Shown here: piece after piece, positions 45,629-55,404 of the stretch
Position numbering within the stretch: position 1 is the stretch's first letter
Layout of the letters: the number at the start of each line of letters is the position of its first letter
Virus record (IMG/VR): IMGVR_UViG_3300022871_000010
DNA length: 64,000 nt
Direction: 5' to 3' (one strand)
From: a virus
Taxonomy: Duplodnaviria; Heunggongvirae; Uroviricota; Caudoviricetes
Program-made: the position numbers and the translations under genes
The notes under the pieces: model-generated
What the model was told of the DNA's origin: nothing
Seen by the model: the letters and a program-made list of their open reading frames with translations, nothing else
Database searches by the model: none

Positions 45629-46029
45629 ATAAAAAATATTTAAAATATATGAGATGTGAATTATGTAAGGGTAATAATTTTAAATGTTTTGAATTTGAAG
45701 ATATTGTTACAATTTTTTGTTGTAAAGATTGTGGTGGGCATGAATTTAGTAGAAAAACCAATAAATTAATAATGCCTTATACTTCTCCTGGAAAAGCTGT
45801 TTGTTTTCGTGATTATTATTCAGACTATCCTAGATTTGAAGGAACCAAAACAGGAGACATAATTCAAATAAATGGGACAAGCTTTTGGACAAAAAATAAA
45901 ATGGCAAAGAAAAAAGTTTATGATATGCCAAAAGGGGTAGTTATAAAACAATATAAGTTCATGATTAAAAACCTTAAAAAAGACCTTGAAGTTACTGAAA
46001 AAAGATTAAACAAACTAAAGCTGAAATAA
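45625..46029 (+). CDS. Zinc-ribbon domain protein (134 aa).
   Basis: CELCKGNNFKC...CCKDCGGHEF. Confidence 0.5.
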   Translation: MNKKYLKYMRCELCKGNNFKCFEFEDIVTIFCCKDCGGHEFSRKTNKLIMPYTSPGKAVCFRDYYSDYPRFEGTKTGDIIQINGTSFWTKNKMAKKKVYDMPKGVVIKQYKFMIKNLKKDLEVTEKRLNKLKLK

Positions 46030-46061
46030 ATGAAATTTGTAGTTATAGGGAGAAATAAACA

Positions 46062-46385
46062 ATGACTGAAAAAAAACAATTAGAAGAAATAATAATATAC
46101 ACAACGCCTTCGTGCCATAAGTGTTTAGACGTAAAGAATCAAATGAACGCAAAGAACATGGTTTATACTACAGTAATGATTGGAATAAACATTAAAATTC
46201 AAGAGTTTGCTAATAAATTTCATGTTCAGTATGTGCCAGTATTAGAAGTAGACGGAGTAGTATATAAATATTATGCAGACATAAAAAAGTTTGTAAACGA
46301 TTTCAATGTTGAGTCTGGAGATAATAATCAAAAGTATTCACAGCGTGAAGAAGCTAATAGAATAATGCAAAAGCGTGGGGAATAA
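46062..46385 (+). CDS. Glutaredoxin/NrdH-like thioredoxin-fold redoxin (107 aa).
   Basis: IIIYTTPSCHKCLDVK has the CxxC motif after beta-1. VPVLEVDGVVY is the cis-Pro/GG-like motif. Confidence 0.55.
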   Translation: MTEKKQLEEIIIYTTPSCHKCLDVKNQMNAKNMVYTTVMIGINIKIQEFANKFHVQYVPVLEVDGVVYKYYADIKKFVNDFNVESGDNNQKYSQREEANRIMQKRGE

Positions 46386-46387
46386 TA

Positions 46388-46894
46388 ATGAATAAATATA
46401 TCCTGTTGATAGTTGTATTATTATTGTGTATTAACATAGCTTCAGCAATGGATATAGTTTCTGGAGAAATAAACACAATAACTTCCATCAATCAATGCCA
46501 AGGCCCATTAATTATAAAATTAACGTCAGAAAGTGGAATAACCCCAGGGGAAGTAATGATTGATAAGTGTAGTACGGCTGACGATAGATTATGGCGCTGC
46601 AAATGCCGTAATGGGTTTGAAGTAAAAATGAAACCAATAGAGAAGGCTTTAAACATATATGATATGACAATACAGTATTATATCAATTATGATAGTTCGT
46701 ATGACGCGATTAACATAACTGAAGATGCAGCACTATTAAAAGAGCAAAACCAGAGGACAAAAAAAGTTATTGACATATTCACACAAGAGCCTAAAACAAT
46801 AAAATCATACTTTCGTATAGATATGCAAATGAAAAATGTTATAATGTCAATTATAGGGTTAGTATTATTATTAACAATAGTAGTGTTTAAGTAG
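46388..46894 (+). CDS. Secreted, C-terminally anchored Cys-motif protein. Paralog of 24918..25541.
   Basis: Signal peptide, then KCSTADDRLWRCKC (C-x7-W-x-C-x-C), then a C-terminal transmembrane helix. Confidence 0.55.
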   Translation: MNKYILLIVVLLLCINIASAMDIVSGEINTITSINQCQGPLIIKLTSESGITPGEVMIDKCSTADDRLWRCKCRNGFEVKMKPIEKALNIYDMTIQYYINYDSSYDAINITEDAALLKEQNQRTKKVIDIFTQEPKTIKSYFRIDMQMKNVIMSIIGLVLLLTIVVFK

Positions 46895-47042
46895 ACAAAA
46901 AATAAATTATTAGATGGAGAATACGCAGAAAAAGATTCACTCAATTATGCAGTTACAGAAGAAGAATTCAATAAACTATTTAATAAATAATTAAAAAATA
47001 AAAACATTTATAAACATTAAGAATAAATATAATAGTGATATA

Positions 47043-47396
47043 ATGGGTAAGAAGATAAACGTCTTAATTGACGGGTTGGATATGAACAGTTTTGAATCAA
47101 TGGCCAGAACATTTGTGGAGCTAAGGGATATTAGTAAAGAAATGGCAACACAGATGGAAGCCATTGAGGACCGTATAAAATATATGCTTAAAGAAAAAAA
47201 ATGGGAAGACTATAAGACCCCATCAAACATTCATTTAAAGCGTTTTACAGTAAAGAAAGAAAGAATTAATAAAAACTTATTATCAATGTTACTTCCACAG
47301 GAAAAATTGCAAAAAGTATTAACGACTACACATGTAGAAACATTGAGTATACTATCTCCAAAGGATAGAGTGAGGCTAAAAAAATATGTCAATTAA
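47043..47396 (+). CDS. Hypothetical protein (117 aa).
   Basis: ORF preceded by the TATA-like aaacatttataaa. Confidence 0.5.
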   Translation: MGKKINVLIDGLDMNSFESMARTFVELRDISKEMATQMEAIEDRIKYMLKEKKWEDYKTPSNIHLKRFTVKKERINKNLLSMLLPQEKLQKVLTTTHVETLSILSPKDRVRLKKYVN

Positions 47397-48417
47397 AAAT
47401 ATATTTTCAAAAATGCTTGGACCAGAAGCTACATTGAAAAAGGAACTAAAAAAGTATAAAAAACTTAAAGCAACGCATGATAAATTAGATAAGGAATTAT
47501 CTACAGGAAAGATAAGCAACAAAGCTCTAAAAAAATTAACATTATTACAAGAGGAACTAGAGAAAATGGGAAAAAAATTTAAATTAGAAAAAGGCAATTT
47601 AGTATTAAATACGCCTTCCAATGCTACTACTGCAGCAACTCCGCAGGAAACCATACAAAACAAAGATGACTTTTTAAAATCTTACAAAAATAAGATGCAA
47701 GATAAAGATGATGCGTTTAATGATAAACAAAAGACTGAAGAAATAGAATACATGGAAAGAATGAATCAGCAGTATGAAGAAGAAGTTTATAAACAGGCAC
47801 AATTAAAAGACGCACAAATAAGTCAACAACGAAATTTAGAATTAAAAGCACGCCAAGAACAACAATATCAGGCGCAACAAATACAGGCAGAACAAATGCA
47901 AGCACAACAACAATCACAACAACATCAAGCACTTCAACAACAAGCACAGCAAGATGCTTATAGAGCAGAGTTAGCACAACGACAACACGCACTTCAACAA
48001 CAAGCATATGAAACAGAAGTTGCTAGACAAGTTCAGGAGCAAGCTATTGATGAACAAACAATGCAGCAAGTAGCTGCAGAACAACAATTATACGCAATTC
48101 GGCAAGAACAAAAACACGCAGTACAACAAGGTCAAGCACCATATAGAGATGAACGAGCTGAAGAATTAGAACAACAAATTAGGCAACAACAGGCCCAGGT
48201 AGAACAACCACAACAGCAACGTGCATTGTCTAAAGTTACGGCATTATTACCAGATGGTATTGAATTACCTATAATGATGTCACCTCAAGACATAGCAGAG
48301 TTTATGGTAGAAATCCATAAAAGTATGAAAACAAATGAGTTCTTTAATATTAACGGATTGTTAGTTAATCCAAATCAAATACTGACAATACACATTGAAG
48401 AGCCTCAAAATATATAA
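47386..48417 (+). CDS. Gln-rich coiled-coil protein (343 aa). Scaffold-like; function unknown.
   Basis: Long Q/A/E low-complexity core with LQQQAQQD repeats. Confidence 0.5.
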   Translation: MSIKNIFSKMLGPEATLKKELKKYKKLKATHDKLDKELSTGKISNKALKKLTLLQEELEKMGKKFKLEKGNLVLNTPSNATTAATPQETIQNKDDFLKSYKNKMQDKDDAFNDKQKTEEIEYMERMNQQYEEEVYKQAQLKDAQISQQRNLELKARQEQQYQAQQIQAEQMQAQQQSQQHQALQQQAQQDAYRAELAQRQHALQQQAYETEVARQVQEQAIDEQTMQQVAAEQQLYAIRQEQKHAVQQGQAPYRDERAEELEQQIRQQQAQVEQPQQQRALSKVTALLPDGIELPIMMSPQDIAEFMVEIHKSMKTNEFFNINGLLVNPNQILTIHIEEPQNI

Positions 48418-48428
48418 AGGTGAAAAAT

Positions 48429-48563
48429 ATGGTAAACTTTAAAGAATATATGACAGACAAAAATTTAGTATCAAGAAGTAAAGTATTAGTTATTGGTTTA
48501 ACTGGTGCATTATTTGGTGCAATATTAATGTATATATTTATGCTAGCTGGTCTAGTAATGTAA
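48429..48563 (+). CDS. Tiny single-TM membrane protein (44 aa). Not in the ORF track.
   Basis: VLVIGLTGALFGAILMYIFMLAGLVM after the SD aaggtga. Confidence 0.4.
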   Translation: MVNFKEYMTDKNLVSRSKVLVIGLTGALFGAILMYIFMLAGLVM

Positions 48564-48565
48564 AT

Positions 48566-48700
48566 ATGAACAACACAACTAGATTGGTAGTAGAAGCCGG
48601 CATGAACAACATAGGGTCTGCTATCAATTATGTTTTTTTATTTTTAATCATAGGAGTAATATTGGGTGGAATAATAATAGCATATTATTCTGATAACTAA
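48566..48700 (+). CDS. Tiny single-TM membrane protein (44 aa).
   Basis: IGSAINYVFLFLIIGVILGGIIIAYY. Immediately follows the previous one. Confidence 0.4.
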   Translation: MNNTTRLVVEAGMNNIGSAINYVFLFLIIGVILGGIIIAYYSDN

Positions 48701-48704
48701 TACC

Positions 48705-49124
48705 ATGGTCACTATTTCTTTTTTTTTAATTTTTCAAATTTTAATGATGCTAGCCATAGTAATACTTGGAGGGTATGTTTTAATTAAAGCAGCAAAGTAT
48801 GCAGACGAACAACAAAAGCTTAAACCTGCTAGAGTAAAGAAACCGATAACAATTACACAAAAAGTGCTTATTATAGGGTTTTTATTGATGGTATTATGTA
48901 TAGCTGCATACATGTATCATAAAATAAGCTTTTATCAAATAGACTATACAATATCAGGAACATTAATATGTTCAGAAAATTATTCATTTTTTAATTTAGT
49001 ATCAACACCTTGTCCAGTTAAGGCAATACAGGAGAGTCCAAGATTATGTTACATGATACATCAAGCAAAACAAGACGGAATGGAAATAAGCGAGAAGATA
49101 TTAGGAAACATCTCTCTATGCTGA
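48705..49124 (+). CDS. Membrane protein (139 aa).
   Basis: Two transmembrane helices. C-terminal Cys residues. Confidence 0.5.
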   Translation: MVTISFFLIFQILMMLAIVILGGYVLIKAAKYADEQQKLKPARVKKPITITQKVLIIGFLLMVLCIAAYMYHKISFYQIDYTISGTLICSENYSFFNLVSTPCPVKAIQESPRLCYMIHQAKQDGMEISEKILGNISLC

Positions 49125-49309
49125 ATATACCTCCAGATTCTGACGTGGGTCAAATGCTCATTAAGTTAGATGAAGCTTATTCTTTAGTGGTAACTAAAAA
49201 GAATATGTTACGGAAGTCTAAACTTGAAATTTCAAACCTAGAAGAACAAATAGAATTAATGGAACTAGCAATAATGCACAGGGTCAATAAGAATGCAAGG
49301 GGTGTATAA
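49118..49309 (+). CDS. Small protein (63 aa). The start is revised to the ATG at 49118, which is ATGCTGA-coupled to the upstream stop.
   Basis: ORF only. Confidence 0.4.
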   Translation: MLNIPPDSDVGQMLIKLDEAYSLVVTKKNMLRKSKLEISNLEEQIELMELAIMHRVNKNARGV

Positions 49310-49483
49310 ATGTCAATAAGAGTTATTGCGGGAGTATTAATGATTCTAATGACCATGCTCATGACGTGGCGTGAAGGTATGATTAAATTTATAGCAATAG
49401 GTATAGGCATTGTAATATGTCTATATATTATCAGAAAGATTGCGGACCTATATTGGTATGGCAAAGACAAGAACGAGTGGTAA
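49310..49483 (+). CDS. Small membrane protein (57 aa). Not in the ORF track.
   Basis: MSIRVIAGVLMILMTMLMTW...IAIGIGIVICLYII. Confidence 0.4.
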   Translation: MSIRVIAGVLMILMTMLMTWREGMIKFIAIGIGIVICLYIIRKIADLYWYGKDKNEW

Positions 49484-49494
49484 TATTTCTAAAT

Positions 49495-50320
49495 TAATTA
49501 AATTATAGCACTGACTTAATTGTCGCACTCTTTTATAAAGTAGTCAGGGCTATATATAAATGAACTGACTTAATTGTTTCACATCTATATTCTCTAAACT
49601 ATATGTTGTAAACTATATGTTGTAAACTATATGTTCTAACCTATATGTTGTAACCTATATGTTCTAAACTATATGTTCTAAACTATATGTTGTAACCTAT
49701 ATGTTGTAAACTATATGTTCTAAACTATATGTTCTAAACTATATGTTCTAAACTATACTTCATTCTTGTTATTTACTTGACTGACAAAAATGTCTCACTC
49801 CTTTTATAAAGAAACACAGTTCATATATAAAGGACTGACTTAATTGTCTCACATCTATATTCTCTAACCTATATGTTGTAACCTATATGTTGTAACCTAT
49901 ATGTTGTAACCTATATGTTGTAAACTATATGTTGTAACCTATATGTTGTAGACTATATGTTTCCAACAAGTTACTTTTATCGGGACTGACAAAAATGTCT
50001 CACTCCTTTATAAAAGAAGTTACTATATATATAAATGGACTGACTTTTTTGTCTCACATCTATATTCTCTAACCTATAGGTTGTAACCTATATGTTGTAA
50101 CCTATATGTTGTAACCTATATGTTGTAACCTATATGTTGTAACCTATATGTTGTAACCTATATGTTGTAGACTATATGTTTCCAACAAGTTACTTTTATC
50201 GGGACTGACAAAAATGTCTCACTCCTTTATAAAAGAAGTTACTATATATATAAATGGACTGACTTTTTTGTCTCACATCTATATTCTCTAACCTATAGGT
50301 TGCAGACTATACCTTTTATA
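49495..50320. repeat. Higher-order repeat locus. Four roughly 110-bp leaders, each with two TATA-like boxes and duplicated GACTGAC...GTCTCAC elements, are each followed by an array of 14-bp direct repeats (CTATATGTTGTAAC or CTATATGTTCTAAA).
   Basis: Arrays span about 49597-49757 (11 or more units), 49867-49958 (about 6.5), 50071-50178 (about 7.5) and 50291-50312 (truncated). The leaders at 49981-50070 and 50181-50290 are identical. There are no spacers, so this is not a CRISPR. Confidence 0.9.
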
Positions 50321-51975
50321 AAGGATACTATAAAATGTTGTATAAAATTGATAAAATATCAAAAAATGAGATTTTTGGATTTACAATTTTGAAAGGCTAA
50401 AAAATTTTTTAGCTTCGTGAAAAAACCAATTCGTTTCTCGGTAAAACTCATATGAAACTTTTTTCTCTATATACAAATACGCATAATATTTTATTTGCTT
50501 AAAGTAACATTATGTTTAATTGTTTAACTAATCTAACACGCAGACACCCCCAATTAGGGTAGTGTTTTTGGAAGAATCGGACCATCTAGAATACTTAGCA
50601 TCTTAAACATACTATCCCTTTATAAAGGAAATATATATTTCTGAAAAAAAATTATATATTTATTCTGAGAATTATATATTTCTTTTATATACTTTATAAA
50701 CAAATCTAAATTAATTAACAACAGGTATATACATTTCAGTAATTCATATACATCTATATGTTTTTTATTAATTCATATACATTTGGGGTTAACAGAACAT
50801 GCCAGATGATACAGGTATTCTCTGATGGTATCTTTTAGATACTAAGTATACAAAAGATACTATGGTTTTATTTTTATAATTATATATTTCTTTTATATCC
50901 CAAAAAGTATGCAGTGCATTACATACATTGTATACATTGTATGCATTGTATACATGTAACACTTAGGAACTTAAACGCGGGTAATAAATGATACAGACCG
51001 GCACAATATATAACAGATGTGTTGCGTGTAACACATGGGGTCTAAAAGATACTAGGGATATTTCTGGTAACACACTGGACTTCAATTTTGAATTTTGAAA
51101 TTTGAATATATAAAAGAATAAAAATTAAACAGGTAATAAAAATATAGGTCATGCCACATTGCGCACAGTTCAACCACCCGATGTGTTACCACCCAAATTT
51201 CAAATCAGGTAACACGGAACAGCATATTTGAAATTTTATATATGATATTTGGATAATTTCAATTTTTAAGAATTTAAAGCGTAATATTTGAAATTTTTAA
51301 ACTAGTTGAAAATCCCTATATTTCAAAATTCAAATATAGCTTTAAATTCAAATTTCAAAATTCAAATATAGCTTTAAATTAAATATTTCAAATATTGTTT
51401 ATATATAGGCGTAAATTTCAAATATTCAATTTTTAAACAGGATAATTTTAAATATTCAATTAGAACATATTTAAATTTTAAAATTAACGTGGTTTATTTG
51501 AATTTTAAGAACTTATTTGAATTAGTATATAGATATATTTGAAATTATTTTAAAGTTCTTTAAAACGCTTAATATTTGAAATTCTTTTATAAAGGACTTT
51601 TGGTTTTTAAAAAATTGAATTTTCTTTATATACTAATTGAATACAACCTGTTTATTAGTAGAATTTAAGGGGGTAATATTTAGGGGGTATATAGGTTTTA
51701 AAAAAAATACATTATTTCATTTAAAAGGAAATAGGGTACAGCCTCTCTACTATCCGAATTAAAGCATATTAACTTTTTTACTATTTATAAAGGTTTCTAT
51801 CTGTTTAAAAGGTTATTTTTTTACTTTATAAATAAAATTTTTAGTCTTTATAAAGGGTTTCGGTTTATATGTTTAATAGAGGTTTCAGGGTATTTACTAC
51901 TAAAAAATTACAAAGAAAGTTTATATACATTTTTTACTTTCTTACATCATAAGGTAAATAAAAACCTTAAAAAAA
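50321..51975. promoter_or_regulatory. 1.65-kb AT-rich noncoding region dense in ATTTGAAAT/ATTTCAAAT motifs and short direct repeats. Candidate replication origin or unwinding region.
   Basis: No ORF of 60 aa or more. More than 15 copies of the 9-mer in both orientations at 51060-51620. A roughly 31-bp tandem duplication at 51330-51390. CATTGTATAC x3 at 50920-50955. GTGTTAC/GTAACAC operator half-sites at about 51020-51216. Confidence 0.5.
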
Positions 51976-52206
51976 ATGGAGTTAAAAAAAATGGAAAACC
52001 AAGAAAATTTAAAAATAATTTATAAAACAATTACAGACAATTTTGAAGGCGATATAAAAAACTTTATTACTGAAAAAATTATTAAACCACAGGATTTAAG
52101 CGAGTGGATAAAAAATTTAAATAATAATAGTGACGGCGAAATGGCTCACGAAATTTTATATATTGTTGATAGTAAAACAGGCGAAATATTACCAATCATT
52201 TTTTAA
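51976..52206 (+). CDS. Hypothetical small acidic protein (76 aa). An alternative start is at 51991.
   Basis: First ORF after the noncoding region. Followed by a T-run. Confidence 0.45.
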   Translation: MELKKMENQENLKIIYKTITDNFEGDIKNFITEKIIKPQDLSEWIKNLNNNSDGEMAHEILYIVDSKTGEILPIIF

Positions 52207-52221
52207 ATTTTAAATTTTAAT

Positions 52222-52368
52222 TTTTTTTTATTGTTTAGGTGTGTTACTTTAATAGATACTACAAAGTAACACGCAAGAGCCATTTTACAAAACCGAAAGG
52301 TTTATATATAAGCTATGCTTTTAGTAATTATAAGGAATTAAACCTTAAAAAAATTAATAGAGGAAAAA
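52222..52368 (+). promoter_or_regulatory. Promoter cassette copy 1: oligo-T terminator, 10-bp perfect inverted repeat GTGTTACTTT-N12-AAAGTAACAC (52241-52272), BRE/TATA AAAGGTTTATATATA (about 52296-52312), conserved leader TTATAAGGAATTAAACCTTAA, then SD GAGG.
   Basis: Almost identical cassettes at 53606, 55798 and 58705. Confidence 0.75.
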
Positions 52369-52806
52369 ATGAAAGAACTAAAATCTGGAACTTATTTAAT
52401 AAAAAATAATAAAGCAGAATTAACAACATTAGAACCTAAAGGGTGCGTTAGATTTGTAACAAAAGATGAAACTAAAATTAATCTTAATAAATTTGATAAT
52501 TGTATAATGTATATATCTAATACTCCATTGAATCAAGATATTTCTATTTATCAACTCGAAGACAAAGGGGGTATAAAAATTAATATAAATACAATAAAAG
52601 AAATAAAAAAAGATTTAAAAATAAAAAATAGATGGGTATATGAAACATATTTTTTTAATGGCGAAATTTACGAAACTAAAAGGTATAACAATTGGTTTCA
52701 GATTTTCAGAAATGCAAAAACTAAAATTAATATTCCTTTTGCACATTTTGAAACCCAAAAAGCAGTAATAAACAATTTATTACAATATGCAAAAGAGGGG
52801 TTTTAA
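52369..52806 (+). CDS. Hypothetical protein (145 aa).
   Basis: ORF driven by cassette 1. Confidence 0.55.
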   Translation: MKELKSGTYLIKNNKAELTTLEPKGCVRFVTKDETKINLNKFDNCIMYISNTPLNQDISIYQLEDKGGIKININTIKEIKKDLKIKNRWVYETYFFNGEIYETKRYNNWFQIFRNAKTKINIPFAHFETQKAVINNLLQYAKEGF

Positions 52807-52807
52807 A

Positions 52808-53041
52808 ATGATATCAAAACAATATATAAAAGATTTAGAATTTAGCACTATTGAAGATATTTATACTTATATTGTAGATAGTGAAATAAACGGGGCGATT
52901 AATCAATTTAAGGAACTGATAAATAAATTATCGGGGCAACAATTTTTAAACTTTTTAAAGTTTTTAAATAACCAAGATTATGGGAATGCAGAAGAAACAG
53001 AACTTTTTAAAATTAAAGTTTTAAATGCAAGGGGGGTATAA
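52808..53041 (+). CDS. Hypothetical protein. The start is revised to the ATG at 52808 after the SD agagggg.
   Basis: ORF only. Confidence 0.45.
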   Translation: MISKQYIKDLEFSTIEDIYTYIVDSEINGAINQFKELINKLSGQQFLNFLKFLNNQDYGNAEETELFKIKVLNARGV

Positions 53042-53043
53042 AA

Positions 53044-53280
53044 ATGGTTATACCACAAAGTAAAACTAAAAAAGTTGTAGTTATGTTTAATAAAAAATTT
53101 GAAAGAATAACCATAAAAAACAATGAATCAATTTTTAAATTATTACGACAAGCCGAACAATTAAGAAAACAAGCAAACAAATATCAAAATAAAAAATTTT
53201 GGGTTTTGCACGAAGTTAGAAAACAACAAAAACAAATTGCAATAGAACAATTAAAAAAATTAGAGAAAAAAAATGGATAA
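53044..53280 (+). CDS. Hypothetical basic protein (78 aa).
   Basis: SD aggggggta. Confidence 0.45.
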   Translation: MVIPQSKTKKVVVMFNKKFERITIKNNESIFKLLRQAEQLRKQANKYQNKKFWVLHEVRKQQKQIAIEQLKKLEKKNG

Positions 53281-53408
53281 TAAAACAGGATTAAAAAAAG
53301 GGGATTATATAGAAAATTATAAAGAAACCAAAGAAAACGAAGTATTTATATTTATGTATATTAACGGAGTTGAATATAAAGGATTATTAAACGCAGAGGA
53401 ATATTAAA
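53274..53408 (+). CDS. Mini-protein (44 aa). Not in the ORF track.
   Basis: ATG overlaps the upstream stop. Confidence 0.3.
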
Positions 53409-53409
53409 A

Positions 53410-53601
53410 ATGAATTTTAAAATAGATATTAACGAAATTAAAACACAGGGCGAAGCTAGAAGTTTAGGAATGGAGTTTCAAGAGTGGAGTAGCAAACAAA
53501 GTTTAAGTTATGGAGAATTAATAAATTATCAAAATGATTTAATGACAATAGCAGAAAAATTTGATTTAATCGAAGAATTTAAAGAGAATGGAATAATTTA
53601 A
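53410..53601 (+). CDS. Hypothetical acidic protein (63 aa).
   Basis: ORF followed by a T-run. Confidence 0.45.
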   Translation: MNFKIDINEIKTQGEARSLGMEFQEWSSKQSLSYGELINYQNDLMTIAEKFDLIEEFKENGII

Positions 53602-53605
53602 TTAT

Positions 53606-53752
53606 TTTTTTTTATTCTTTACGTGTTACTTTAATAGATACTACAAAGTAACACATAAGAACTATTTTACAAAAACGAAAGGTTTATATATAAGCTATAC
53701 TTTTAGTAATTATAAGGAATTAAATCTTAAATAAATAAATACAGGTGGAAAA
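53606..53752 (+). promoter_or_regulatory. Promoter cassette copy 2. Inverted repeat at 53623-53654; TATA at about 53678-53692.
   Basis: Same architecture as copy 1. Confidence 0.75.
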
Positions 53753-54652
53753 ATGGAATTTAAAACACAAATATATAAGGAAGCACAGCAGACACAAACA
53801 AAAGTTTATGATTTGCAGAAAGTAGAAAGCAAAAGACACAGCGAAAAGAAAAACGAAATTTATTTTAAATATTCTAATTTAGAAAGAGAATTAAACAGCA
53901 AAAAATACGCAGAAGAAAGAGAAGCAGAAGCACAGCACGACAAAGAAAAAGAAGCTTTAAAAAATCAAAGAGCAGACGCAGACACACAACAAAAAACATT
54001 TAAAAAAATTATTGCTTATATGGATATCCTTAAAGCAGAAGCAGACTTTAAAAAAGATGATTTTGGGGCGTATATTTATGATTACCCAAAGGACAAACAA
54101 GGCGAAATTTTAAGAGTTATGAAAGATAATTGTTCTTGTTATCCTGAAAAAGAAAAAGTTTTCTTAAAACCTATTGATACATTACACGAAGATAAAAATT
54201 TAATTCTAAAAGTTTATATTGGCGACAATACCAAACCAAAAAACAAAAAAAGTTTATTTGTTCTTGGAAAAAGTGTTTTAAATTTAAATCATTATGAAAG
54301 CAAAGTTTTAACATTGCCCCACGATTACGGCATAAATTCCAATGAAGAAAACGCAAGTATTAGAAGCATATTAAAGGACTTTCCGACTGAAAAAGAAGCA
54401 AAGGCGTATTATGAGAAGAATAAAACAAAAGTGCTTAAAAGCTTCTTAATAGAGCATAAAAACGCAGTTGCAGAACTGGAAGAAGTGCGAAAAAATACAA
54501 CTTCTTACGATTGGAAACTTTTATATTTAGAATCTAAAAGAGATTATTACATAAATTCTTATAGTGGATACGAAGAAAACGAAGACTATAACAAAGTTTT
54601 AAAAGAACTTGAAGAATTAAAAAAAAGAGGTTTAATAAATGATAGAAAATAA
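53753..54652 (+). CDS. Hypothetical K/E-rich protein (299 aa).
   Basis: SD aggtgg. Confidence 0.55.
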   Translation: MEFKTQIYKEAQQTQTKVYDLQKVESKRHSEKKNEIYFKYSNLERELNSKKYAEEREAEAQHDKEKEALKNQRADADTQQKTFKKIIAYMDILKAEADFKKDDFGAYIYDYPKDKQGEILRVMKDNCSCYPEKEKVFLKPIDTLHEDKNLILKVYIGDNTKPKNKKSLFVLGKSVLNLNHYESKVLTLPHDYGINSNEENASIRSILKDFPTEKEAKAYYEKNKTKVLKSFLIEHKNAVAELEEVRKNTTSYDWKLLYLESKRDYYINSYSGYEENEDYNKVLKELEELKKRGLINDRK

Positions 54653-54995
54653 AGAGCCAATAACAAGAATACAATTAGGAAATATTTTAAGAAAATTAAG
54701 TAAACAATATAACTATAAATATTATAGTAGTTTTGAATGTTGTAATAATTGTTTTACGAGTGGATTACCGGACGGCGAAGACTATGTTTATTTAAAATAT
54801 TGCAATAAAGGAATGAATCGCGAACCATTAGAAAGTTTTAAATATTCTAAAAGGTGGTGGTTAGTTTATGGTTTAAAATTTGAAACAAATGAGTTTTTTA
54901 AAATTTTAAAAACAGAAATTCAAAAAATTTCAAGTTCAATAATGGAAATACCAAAAGATAAAACAAAATGTATTATTATAATAAGGGAGATTTAA
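54639..54995 (+). CDS. Hypothetical Cys-containing protein (118 aa).
   Basis: ECCNNCF...YLKYCNKG. Confidence 0.45.
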   Translation: MIENKEPITRIQLGNILRKLSKQYNYKYYSSFECCNNCFTSGLPDGEDYVYLKYCNKGMNREPLESFKYSKRWWLVYGLKFETNEFFKILKTEIQKISSSIMEIPKDKTKCIIIIREI

Positions 54996-54998
54996 AAA

Positions 54999-55217
54999 AT
55001 GGGTGCTAATACATTCAGAAAAATAATAGAACAGACCGATTTGATTTATGATGATGTAGATTTGAATATTTTTTTAACAAACCACTATCTGAATATTTTA
55101 AGTTATGTAGAAAACAAGAAAAACTTTTTAAATTATATAGAAGATAACGAAAATATAGAAGAATTATGCACAGATAAAGACGGATTTGACAACCCGTTTA
55201 TAATTGGGGAAAAATAA
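54999..55217 (+). CDS. Hypothetical acidic protein (72 aa).
   Basis: ORF only. Confidence 0.45.
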   Translation: MGANTFRKIIEQTDLIYDDVDLNIFLTNHYLNILSYVENKKNFLNYIEDNENIEELCTDKDGFDNPFIIGEK

Positions 55218-55218
55218 A

Positions 55219-55404
55219 ATGGAATTAAACGAAAAACAACAGGAAAAATTACAAAAATTATTAATGGAATTTATGACAGAAAAAAATATTAAAATTCCAG
55301 ATGAAACTGATTTTGTTTTAGATACTATTTATTATGAAATGGTTAGTAGTATAGAGGAATATTTAAAAAGAATAAACAATATAGAGGTGCAACAAAATGA
55401 ATAA
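55219..55404 (+). CDS. Hypothetical protein. The start is revised to the ATG at 55219 after the SD gggga.
   Basis: ORF only. Confidence 0.4.
   Translation: MELNEKQQEKLQKLLMEFMTEKNIKIPDETDFVLDTIYYEMVSSIEEYLKRINNIEVQQNE

Noticed and set aside
49597-50178. Possible CRISPR array suggested by regularly spaced short repeats.
   Set aside because: The units are contiguous 14-bp tandem copies with no unique spacers. The repeat is too short, and no cas genes are present. This is a satellite or iteron array, not a CRISPR.
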